Assembly (NCBI GenBank): GCA_964372955.1
Contig: CAYJTC010000002.1
Coordinates: forward strand, 1 to 42,260
Direction of reading: 5' to 3'
DNA: 42,260 bases
Source: an uncultured Planctomycetia bacterium
Lineage (GTDB): Bacteria > Omnitrophota > Gorgyraeia > 1-14-0-20-64-10
The position numbers and the translations under genes were made by a program. Shown here piece after piece: positions 7,518 to 16,400 of this stretch (position 1 is its first letter; each line of letters begins with the position of its first letter). Below the pieces are notes generated by a model. The model was not told the DNA's origin, ran no database searches, and saw nothing but the letters and a program-made list of their open reading frames with translations.

Positions 7518-8744
7518 CTATGATTTAACGTTCTCTTCAAACGACGCAAGCGTCGGCTTGATCTTGATCGGCTTGCCGATGGCCTCGACGACCGCCTCCT
7601 GGGTCTTCAACCCGTGGCCGGTGACGCAGACCACGATCGATTCGTCGCGGGGGATCTTCTTCTCCTCGATCAGCCGCCGGGTGGCGGCCAGCGTCACCCC
7701 GCCGGCGGTCTCGGTGAAAACCCCTTCGGTCTGGCCCAGCAGCTTGATCGCCTCGATGATCTCCTCGTCGCTGACCGCCGCGCCCCAGCCGCCGGTTTCC
7801 CGGATGGCGTCGGCCGCGTAGTAACCGTCGGCCGGATTGCCGATCGCCAAGGACTTGGCGATCGTTTTGGGCTTAACCGGCTTGATGATATCGGAGCCCT
7901 CCAAGATGGCGGTCACGATCGGAGCGCATCCGGCGGCCTGGGCGGCGTACAGTTTGGTCTGCGGCTTCTCAATCAGACCCAGCTTGCGGAACTCCTTGAA
8001 CCCCTTCCAGATCTTGACCAGCAGAGACCCGCTGGCGGCCGGCACCACGATATGCCGCGGCGTCTTCCAGCCCATCTGCTCGGCCACCTCGAAACCGTAG
8101 GTCTTAGATCCCTCCGCGTAATAAGGGCGAATGTTAATGTTGACGAAGCCCCACCGGTGCCGGGTGGCGATCTCCGCGCAGAGCCGGTTGACCTCGTCGT
8201 AATTGCCCTCTACCGCCACCAGGCGGGGCTTGTAGATGAGGGACCCTACTACCTTGCTTGACTCCAGATCAGCCGGGATGAAGACAAAGCGTTCGAACCC
8301 GGCCTGGGCCGAAAGAGCCGAAACAGCGTTGGCCAGATTTCCGGTAGAGGCGCAGGCAACGGTGTCGAAGCCCAGCTCCCGGGCCCGGGAGAGGGCCACG
8401 GAGACGACCCGATCTTTAAAGGAAAGAGTAGGGTGGCAGACGCTGTCATCCTTGATGTACAGCTCCTTCACACCCAAGACCTTGCCCAGCCGCTCGGCCC
8501 GGAAGAAAGGGGTCATCCCGGTGTGAAGGCCGACCGTCGGATCCCCGTCGATGGGCAGCAGCTCCCGGTAGCGCCAGATGCTGCGCGGCCGGGATTCGAT
8601 CCGCTCCCGGGTGAGCTTCCCCTGGATGGCGGCGTAGTCGTAGTCCACCTCCAGGGAGCCGAAACAGTACTCGCAGACGAACAGGGCCTTGGGCGGAAAC
8701 TCCCGCCCGCATTCGCGGCAGCGCAGTCCTTTGATCAACGACAT
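7518..8744 (-). CDS. Threonine-synthase-family PLP enzyme with N-terminal zinc ribbon
   Basis: 408 aa. CRECGREFPPKALFVCEYC ribbon. PLP-lysine motif HPTLSFKDRVVSVALSRA. Also ACASTGNLANAVSA and VVPAASGSLLVKIWKGF. The start overlaps the upstream stop (TAATG at 8742..8746). Confidence 0.9.
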   Translation of the reverse strand: MSLIKGLRCRECGREFPPKALFVCEYCFGSLEVDYDYAAIQGKLTRERIESRPRSIWRYRELLPIDGDPTVGLHTGMTPFFRAERLGKVLGVKELYIKDDSVCHPTLSFKDRVVSVALSRARELGFDTVACASTGNLANAVSALSAQAGFERFVFIPADLESSKVVGSLIYKPRLVAVEGNYDEVNRLCAEIATRHRWGFVNINIRPYYAEGSKTYGFEVAEQMGWKTPRHIVVPAASGSLLVKIWKGFKEFRKLGLIEKPQTKLYAAQAAGCAPIVTAILEGSDIIKPVKPKTIAKSLAIGNPADGYYAADAIRETGGWGAAVSDEEIIEAIKLLGQTEGVFTETAGGVTLAATRRLIEEKKIPRDESIVVCVTGHGLKTQEAVVEAIGKPIKIKPTLASFEENVKS

Positions 8745-9535
8745 TAAGACGGTGAATAGTGAATCGTGGATAGTGAATCGATCGGCTTCTCTTTTTTGAG
8801 AGCCTTGGGCAGGATCACCACTTCCACGCGGCGGTTTTGGCGGCGGCCCTCCGGGGTATCGTTGGAGGCCACCGGATGGAACTCCCCGACCCCAACCGCC
8901 CTCAGGCGGGCCGGCTCAACCGCTTGCTGATCGATAAAATGGTGAACCACCGCCAGCGCCCGGGCAGTGGAGAGCTCCCAGTTGGACCTCCATCCGGAAT
9001 ACCGGATCGGCTCGTTATCGGTGTGCCCCTCCACCGCCACCGGGGAGTCCGGAACCGTTTCTTTGAGAACCGCGGCCACCTTTTCCAGAGTTTGGGCCCC
9101 CTCCTCTTTAACCAGCGCCTTGCCGGAATCGAAGAAGATCTCATCCAGGAAGGTCAGCACCAGCCCCCGCTCCGTCATCTCCAGCTTGGCCCGGGCCTCC
9201 CCCAACTCCTTCTTCAAGCTTTCGGCCAACTCCTCCTGGGCGTCAAGCAGCTCCTGGTTCTCCCGGGATTTCTGCTCGACCACCTGCGCGACCTGTCGGG
9301 TTTGCTCCTCCTGGAGCCGGCCGATCTGCGTCAGCAGATCCCGGCGGGATTGCTCGGCCTGGCTCAGCCGGCCTTTGAGCCGCTCCACCTCGGTCTCCAG
9401 GCCCTGCATTCGGGCCGACTTCCAGCCCCAGGAACAGCCGGTGAGAAGCAGGGAAAAGAGGGGAAACAGGGAGAACAGGGGAAACAGGGAAAACAGGTTT
9501 CCCCTGATTCCCCTGCCTCCCCTATTCACCCTCAT
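8744..9535 (-). CDS. OmpA/MotB-family lipoprotein with coiled-coil linker
   Basis: 263 aa. Lipobox LLLTGC. Coiled coil (LETEVERLKGRLSQAEQSRRDLLTQIGRLQEEQ). OmpA-C domain (VEGHTDNEPIRYSGWRSNWELSTARALAVVHHF, RRQNRRVEVVIL). ATGA overlap with the upstream MBL gene at 9532..9535. Confidence 0.9.
   Translation of the reverse strand: MRVNRGGRGIRGNLFSLFPLFSLFPLFSLLLTGCSWGWKSARMQGLETEVERLKGRLSQAEQSRRDLLTQIGRLQEEQTRQVAQVVEQKSRENQELLDAQEELAESLKKELGEARAKLEMTERGLVLTFLDEIFFDSGKALVKEEGAQTLEKVAAVLKETVPDSPVAVEGHTDNEPIRYSGWRSNWELSTARALAVVHHFIDQQAVEPARLRAVGVGEFHPVASNDTPEGRRQNRRVEVVILPKALKKEKPIDSLSTIHYSPS
8751..8780. repeat. Heptanucleotide tract in the last codons of the OmpA-like gene
   Basis: GGTGAAT AGTGAAT CGTGGAT AGTGAAT CG. 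Period 7. Immediately upstream, in mRNA sense, of the ThrC-like start codon. Confidence 0.8.
9448..9535. repeat. Inverted arrays of 9-bp repeats encoding the OmpA-like signal peptide
   Basis: + strand 9448..9497: GCAGGGAAAAGAGGGGAAACAGGGAGAACAGGGGAAACAGGGAAAACAGG. + strand 9498..9535 is the complementary type: TTTCCCCTGATTCCCCTGCCTCCCCTATTCACCCTCAT. In mRNA sense the G-rich arm gives MRVNRGGRGIRGN and the C-rich arm gives LFSLFPLFSLFPLFSLLL. Confidence 0.9.
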
Positions 9536-10239
9536 TCCCCTCTTGCCCCTTCCTTGCGCAGGATCTCGACCATCTTTCCCTTGGCCAGGCTCTCGAACCG
9601 CTTGGCGTCGGCCACCGTTCCCACGACAGAGCCGTAATGCATCGGCACATACACCTTAGCCGCAATGGCCCCCGCGGCTTTCGCCGCTTCCTCGGCGGTC
9701 ATCACGTAGGTGCCGCTGACCGGCAGAAGGGCCACATCCACTTTGATCTGTTTCATCTCCGGGATGAAATCGGTGTCGCCGGCATGGTAAAAACGAGTTC
9801 CGTCAACCTCCAGGATGAAGCCGACCCAGCCGTTTTCCTTGAGATGGAACATCTTGTTGGCGTTGTAGGCCGGCACCGCCTCGATTTGAACCTTCTTCAA
9901 GGTCAAGACATCCCCCGGCTTGACCGGATGAATCTTCCCCGGAACTCGGGCCTGCTCCAGCTTCGCCACAGCTCCTGTGACGGTGACGATCACCGTGTCG
10001 GCCTTGGCCACCTTGATCACGTCCGGCGGGGAGAGGTGGTCGAAGTGAGGATGGGTGATCAAAATCAGGTCCGCGTCGTGCGGCTCCCCCTCGATCTGCC
10101 AAGGGTCGAAATAGATCGTCACCTCCGCTCCGACTAGCTTGAAGGCGGCGTGCCCCAGCCAGGTTAAACCCCGGGTATAAGAGGAAGCCGGCATCTCCAC
10201 AGCGCTAAAAGCGGTCGTGAGTCGTGAGTCATGGGTCAT
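9532..10239 (-). CDS. MBL-fold metallo-hydrolase (UPF0173-like)
   Basis: Core LTWLGHAAFKLVGAEVTIYFDPWQIEGEPHDADLILITHPHFDHLSPPDV, and later YHAGDTDFIPEM and LLPVSGTYVMTAEEAAKAA. The start is uncertain. ATG 10239 is conservative. ATG 10371 would add a hydrophobic signal-like stretch (RRGLFFLGFLLLL) but would translate a REP hairpin. The track start 10482 overlaps the giant ORF end. Confidence 0.85.
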   Translation of the reverse strand: MTHDSRLTTAFSAVEMPASSYTRGLTWLGHAAFKLVGAEVTIYFDPWQIEGEPHDADLILITHPHFDHLSPPDVIKVAKADTVIVTVTGAVAKLEQARVPGKIHPVKPGDVLTLKKVQIEAVPAYNANKMFHLKENGWVGFILEVDGTRFYHAGDTDFIPEMKQIKVDVALLPVSGTYVMTAEEAAKAAGAIAAKVYVPMHYGSVVGTVADAKRFESLAKGKMVEILRKEGARGE

Positions 10240-10243
10240 GAGT
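10214..10243. repeat. Heptanucleotide tract at the MBL gene 5' end
   Basis: GTCGTGA GTCGTGA GTCATGG GTCATGA GT. Period 7. No inverted partner seen. Confidence 0.8.
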
Positions 10244-10294
10244 AAAAGCAAAAATCCAAGGAAAAACAGGCCTCTTCGATGGAAAGGCAGATCT

Positions 10295-10351
10295 AAAGGG
10301 GTCAGACCCCTGTGAAACTCCGTTTTACCTGTAAGGGGTCTGACCCCTTTT
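10295..10351. repeat. REP-like hairpin, GGGGTCAG family
   Basis: AAAGGGGTCAGACCCCT (10295..10311) and AGGGGTCTGACCCCTTT (10334..10350) form a perfect 17-bp stem with a 22-nt loop, 52 nt downstream of the giant ORF-B stop. Confidence 0.85.
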
Positions 10352-10402
10352 GAGATGGGGTGCCGATCCATGGAGGCCAGTATAGCAAAAGAAGGGTGGG
10401 GT

Positions 10403-13400
10403 TTACAGGTAGAGTTCGGGCTGGCGCTCGAGCCGCTTCTGCCAGGTCCGGAAGGAGACGTCCTCGATCTCCAGGAAATCACCCAGCCCGCTCAGGCCCG
10501 AAGGGGTCCAGATGGTCAGGACATCCAGGCCGCGGCCGATGGCGTCCACTTGCATCTTGGTGATCACATCCGACGGGTCTTTATCGGCATAGGGAGGGCT
10601 TTTCAGATTGATGATTTTCGCCGCCAGGCCGGTGTCCTTTAGCCAGCCCTCAATCTGCCCGGCGTGGTGGACATGCTCGGCGAAGATCACCAGGTTGATC
10701 TGCTCGCCGGGGACCGGCTTCAGCTGAGCCAGGCCCTGAAGCACCTCCTCGGTGGCCACCTCCGGCCCCAGGAAGATCACCTTCCCCGCCGTCACGCCGG
10801 GCTTCAGCCGGATTTGAAGCTCCTCAAGCCCGGCCGTAGCAGGTTGGGCTTTAACCCGGGCCTGAGCGAGAGCTTTCGGATACCATTCCTCGTCAACCAG
10901 CTTGCGAAGGGCTTCCGCCACTTGTTTGGCGCGCGCTCCTTGGCCTTCGGTGGCAATGCGCAACATCCCCTCTGTCAAAGAACCTCTGAGCCAGACGAAC
11001 GCCTTCCCGCCGTCCAGCTCCAACTCCATAATCCATCCTCCCATACCGAAGGGAGTCCCATTCTCGCTGGGCAAGGTCAAACCGGCTCCCGCCGGATCGG
11101 CCGGACCATAAGCGGGAGAGAGACCGGTTTCCGAGTCGTAAACAATCCGGTAATCGGCCGTAGGATGCACCGATGTCCCGTCCGCCAGGATGAGTCCCTC
11201 TTTCTGGAGTCGATCCCGCAGGTTTTCCTTCCACAGGGTTTCCCAAGCCCGTTTGAAAGGGATCATGAGCGCCTCCGGAACCTCTCCCTGTGCTCCCTGA
11301 TCGCGGATCGGGGTGGAGAAACGCCAGCTTCCCTCGCTCCGGTCTCCCGGCAGGCTCCCGAGAATATCCAACAGAGTGGGCACGGCAGGCACTTCTACTG
11401 GAGGAACGCCGTTGGGTACCGCGGCGTTTCTGGCTTGGAGCCAACTTCGCGCCCATTCCGGATCGGTGGCCACCATCCCTAGAAATAGAGCGGTCATCGC
11501 CCCGTTGCGGCTGGTATCCCCCAAAAACTGAGCGCTCTCTCCCCGGAATACCGTGCCGCCGTTGGCTCCTTCGATTCCAAGAACCACCCGATAAGTAGGG
11601 CGGCCTCCGGCGTCCTTCTGTGCCTCCAGCTTCCTCATCTTCTCCAAGACGTTGACCTCTCCCACCTCCACTGGGAACACCTCAGCCCCAAAGGCCTTGG
11701 CGATTTCCAAAACCCGTTTGGAGGTGGCGCTGTGAGCGACGACGGCCAATTTTGAAGCATCCCCCGCCGGTCGAGCGCGGGCGGCTCTGGCTAAGCCCAA
11801 AGCCATGTTCATCGCGGCCACCTCTTGGGGATTGGGCTCAACGGCCTGACCGGTCTTGGGATCCAGAAGGAGCGTGTTCGCCCGGTCGGCGTCGTAATCG
11901 GTGATGATGGCGAAATGGGCTTGGGCTTCTTTCAGCACCCTCTCAGCATCGGCCAACGCGTTCCCCTTCTCTGGATCGTTCACCGGCTCCAGGATATGCT
12001 GGGGCTGTCCTACAACATGGTTGATCTCGATCAGATCAAACCCCATCCTTTCTAGGAATTCCGCGTAATACCCGGTTGCCGCCCCTCCATTAGGATCAAC
12101 CACAATCCGGACCCGTTTGGCTTTCTCTCGAAATCCCTGGAACTCCTCCTCCTGTTCCAAACCCCACATCTGCCGAGCCTCTTTGACAACCTGCCCCAGA
12201 ATCTTCTCCCGAGAGACCGTTTCAAGTCTGCCGACGGGCACGGCGTTCAAGCGCTGGACAAATTCCTGTGCCTGCTCAGGAGACGCCCCCGCCTGCGCGG
12301 CCCACCGGCGGAATTGGTCGACGACACTCTTCATCTGGCGCGAGGGAAGCAGGATCCCTCCTTCCACCAGACTTCCCGCGGGTTCGGTGGCGGCTGTTGG
12401 GTATTTTACGCCGTTCCATCTTAAAGGATTGTGGCTGGCAGTGATGATGCCCCCTCCATGCGCTTCCACCAAGCGCACTAGACTCTCAGAGAGGGGGGTG
12501 GGAAGGATTCCCCCCTCGACTTCAACGAACCGGACCTTGACGTTGAACTCCTGGGCTGCGACCGAAATCCCCCGCATGTGGGCCTCCTGGATGGCCCTGC
12601 CGGTTGGACGGGGATCCCGCCCAAAGATGAAGGTAAACTCCGAACGGCCGGAAAATTTCTCAATCTGGAGTTTGGCGAAAAGGTACCCGTATCGCGCGAA
12701 GATCAGCTTCTGCGCGGGGGAAAGCTTCACATCCGCCAGCGGAGCCAAAATGGGAGGGTCGACGTTCGGGCCCAAATCGGCCCGCACACCGGAGAAGGAC
12801 TGGATCAGTGTCCTGTCCGGATCAGTCACCTCGGCCCACTTGGACCAATCGATGGGGCCTAGCCATTCCTCCGGGCCGGCCACAACCTCGCTTTGCGGAT
12901 GGACGAAGACGGCGAACTCCCCTTCGAAACCCATCTTTGAACGAACGACGGTGACATTCCCTCCGAGGGACTGTTGGATCGCCTCCAGGAAGATATCCGG
13001 CTTTCCACTTTCCTCAGGAGGCAGTCCCCAGAGCTGGCCAATCGATCCGGCCAAGACAATCGGCCCCTGCGTGAAGGGCTGCCCGGCGTAGGCGTCCAGG
13101 TAAACCCGCAGGACCTGGCCCAGCTCGGTTCCAACCTGCTCCAGGAACTGGCGGGCCAGTCTGCCGTGGATCGTTGAATCGTTCAAAGCTCTCTGGGTTA
13201 TCCCCTGGAGAACGATCAGCTGCAGCTTCTCGTCCGCCAAGATCGGCCGGTGGGCGCCGGGAAGATCATCCTCAGTCAGATTTTGGGTCACCGGACCACC
13301 GAATAATCGGTCAATCTCTGCATCGGACAGACGGTACAAATCATTGTTTCTCAGGAATTCAATGGTGCGGGCCGCAAGCCACGGCCCTCCAAACTCCTTC

Positions 13401-16400
13401 TCGGCCGGCTCTTCCTCCGGCTGAGGATCCGGCAGTCTCCCTTCCTTGGGAAAATGATAGACCCACGGGCCGTCCGCCTGCCTCATGACACTCCATCCAA
13501 ATTCCCCCAACAGGCCGCCCACTTCTTGTCCGGGGAGTGAGTCGATCGGCTTTCCGCCTTGAAGAACACCGATGCTGGTACCAGTCCCTAAGGTCAGAAC
13601 CATCCCCTGTTGAAGCCCCTTGAGAGCCCCTTCTTCCCAAAGAAACTCTCCCCATACCCGGGCCTCATCCTCGGAGACGATTCGGATGGGCAGTTCCCTC
13701 CCGAAGAGGGAATAGAGCTCCTCTCCCAGAAGCTGTTTGAAGGGGGTGGGCTTCCGAAACCCGACGATCTTGGCGTTCTGGACGGTCAGGGGGCCAACCA
13801 CCCCGCCGAATGAGATCCCCACTTCTTTCAGATTCTCTGGCTGAGCGTCAAGGTCCTCCCGGAGCGTTTTCTGAATCAGTGCGGCGATCACCTGAGCCGC
13901 CCAACGCTCATCCGTATCTTGCCCAAAATCGGGATACATATTCTTCAGTTTTTCCCAAGTGAAGTATTCCGTGGCGATCTCAGAGGCCGCCCGGGCGCCG
14001 TCCTTCTCCCCTACCCCGACCCCCACCTTGAACGCCCCCATGCTTAGATAAACACCGACATCCGGCGCCTGAGCTTCCCTGGTCCCCGGGGCGCTCACCG
14101 TCTCGCGCCCAGCGCCAGACTCGGCCTCCTTATTCGTCGGCCGGCGCTCCTCCAGGCCGGCCGCCGCGCCTGCCAAGTCAGATAGAGCCTGGATGACCGA
14201 CCGATTCGAAGTTTGAGGCAGTCGGTTGACCAACTGGTCCAGCACCGCCTCCCAACCGCCTAAGAGGGCCGCCGCCCTGCGCTTGGCAATTTCGATCTTG
14301 AGGATCTCACAGACTCCCGCGGGCCCCAGAGTTGGGCAGCGGATGACTGAGCCGGGCAGCTCTTCCTGAGGCTCTCCCACCAGCACTGTGGTGATCCCCT
14401 CCTGGCTCATGGAAAGCCCTGCAGCATCCGCGTCATCGAGGAAAACGACTTTCCCCTTCCGATGTCGGAGGAAATCATCCTTCCCGAAAGCGTACAGGTC
14501 GATGGAGGTGTCGAGGAAGGGGCCCACCAAGGTTTCCCCAAAAGCCTTTACCAAACGGGACCGAACCTCTCTACCTGCCGATTCCAATGCGTTTTCCGCC
14601 AGACCGTTAGGGCGAAGCTGCACGATGCCATACAGCTTGGGGCCCTGACCTTCCTGCATCACATAGAGGTTCAGATCCCCCAGCCGGTAAAGATCCATGT
14701 CCGGATTGGCCGGTGGAATCACCGGATCCTCCAGCTCTCCCCCGATGTTCAAACCTGGGATAGGCCCCCACTCCGCCGACTGGATGGCCGCCACAATCCG
14801 GTCGATCGTGAACTCTCCGGATCCCATGCGCTGGGTCACCAACTCCGGAAACTCCTCTTTCAACCAGCGGGTCCCATTGCGGCCCATGTGCTGCAATGGG
14901 CCGGTCCCTTCTTGGGCCCGCTGGCGAAGATTCTGATCCGCTCGGTTGGAAAGAAAGCCCCCTTTCCCCCCCAAGGCCAGATATTCCCCGCACAGCCGCA
15001 GCACCTCCGGATCGGCCTGGGCCTTGCCGTCCGGAGCGCCGGCACGGTCCAGGTCGATCCAGATTTCATCGGCAGGAGGATCCCACGCCAGCCGTTCCAT
15101 TCCCTTGAGAGCCGGCGGCAGCAGAGCTTCCCACCTCTGCGCCAACTGCTCGGGCCGATAAGCAGGCTGAAGGACGCGGATCCCTTTGACCTCGCGCGGG
15201 ACCGCCTCCGTTAAAGGCAGACGAACCACCTGGATTCCGGGAAACGTCTTCTCCGCATCCTTCAGTTTCACCGGACCTCGGGGATGCAGGTGGAAAACCC
15301 TCTGATACGCTCCCGGATTTTGTCGGGCAAGCCAGTCGAAGGTCTTTCCTTCCATCACCTCAGGCGAGGGCCCTTTCGGATGACGCTGGCCAAGCATCAC
15401 GATGCTGACCACCTGACTCAAAGTCGCTGTCGGCACCTGACTTTGGATGATCCCCTCCATCGCCTTCCGATAGTCCACGATGTTGTAACGGATGGTAAAG
15501 AGCAGGTTGTCCGGGTTGACCATCCAGATAATCGTGGCTCCCCGTTTCTTGGCGTCGATGAGCGCCTGAATCACCCCGGGGATGGAGAGGATGCTGGCGA
15601 CACTCTCATGGAAATTTCCGGGCGCGATGACGACCAGCTCCGCCCGCCGGATCTGCCGCAGAAAGAGCGGATTGGCGGCAAAGGGCGGCTGCCCCTTGCC
15701 CGAGACAAACCGGTAGGCGCCGGGTCCTAAGAGAACCGAGGCCCGATCCTTCGGGCTCCGTAGCATCTGCTCCAGAAGCTGCTGCGCCTTCTGCGCAGAG
15801 ACCGGTTCCCCGTTGGGGCCGGCCACCAGATCCGAGAGGATCTCCAGACTCTTGGGATCCCCCACGGGAGGAACGACTAATCCTACCGTGCCCAGCCCCC
15901 GCCGCACCGTCGCGTGCGCTCGGCCAGTCCTCAGATCACCATGCACCGTCACGATCTGAGGAGACTCAAAGGTGGTCGGCAGAACCCAGGGCCCTCCGAC
16001 GGCTTCCCGGAGCAGATATTCGGCAACCAGATACTTTTCTGTGTCGATGGGCCCTCCCCTCGGATAGGCCCCGACCATGACCTTCGCCCCGACATCCAAC
16101 AAATTCTGCAAGGTCTGGCCGCTGACGGCGATATAATCCTTCTGAATCAGCTCTGCATCGACAACCTCAAAGACCTGCTGGAGGAACGCCAGGAACCGAA
16201 CCAGCGCGGCCCGCCCTTGAGAACCCAAAGGCCCCTGCTCCTCCTCCCAGCGGGCGATCATGCTGGGGATCCCTGTGACCAGCTCCTCCATCTTTCCCTG
16301 CCGATACTCCTTCTGGGCCGCCCGTGAAACCGCCAGTTCCCACAGGGACCCCGGAGGAATTTCGGAAGGCAGCTCCAGCTTCAGCAGCTCCCGGATCAGG

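Noticed and set aside
10295-10351. Rho-independent terminator after giant ORF-B
   Set aside because: The 17-bp stem is strong, but the loop is 22 nt and the 3' flank (AGAUCUGCC) has no U-tract. Similar hairpins occur inside operons here, so I list it as a REP-like repeat only.
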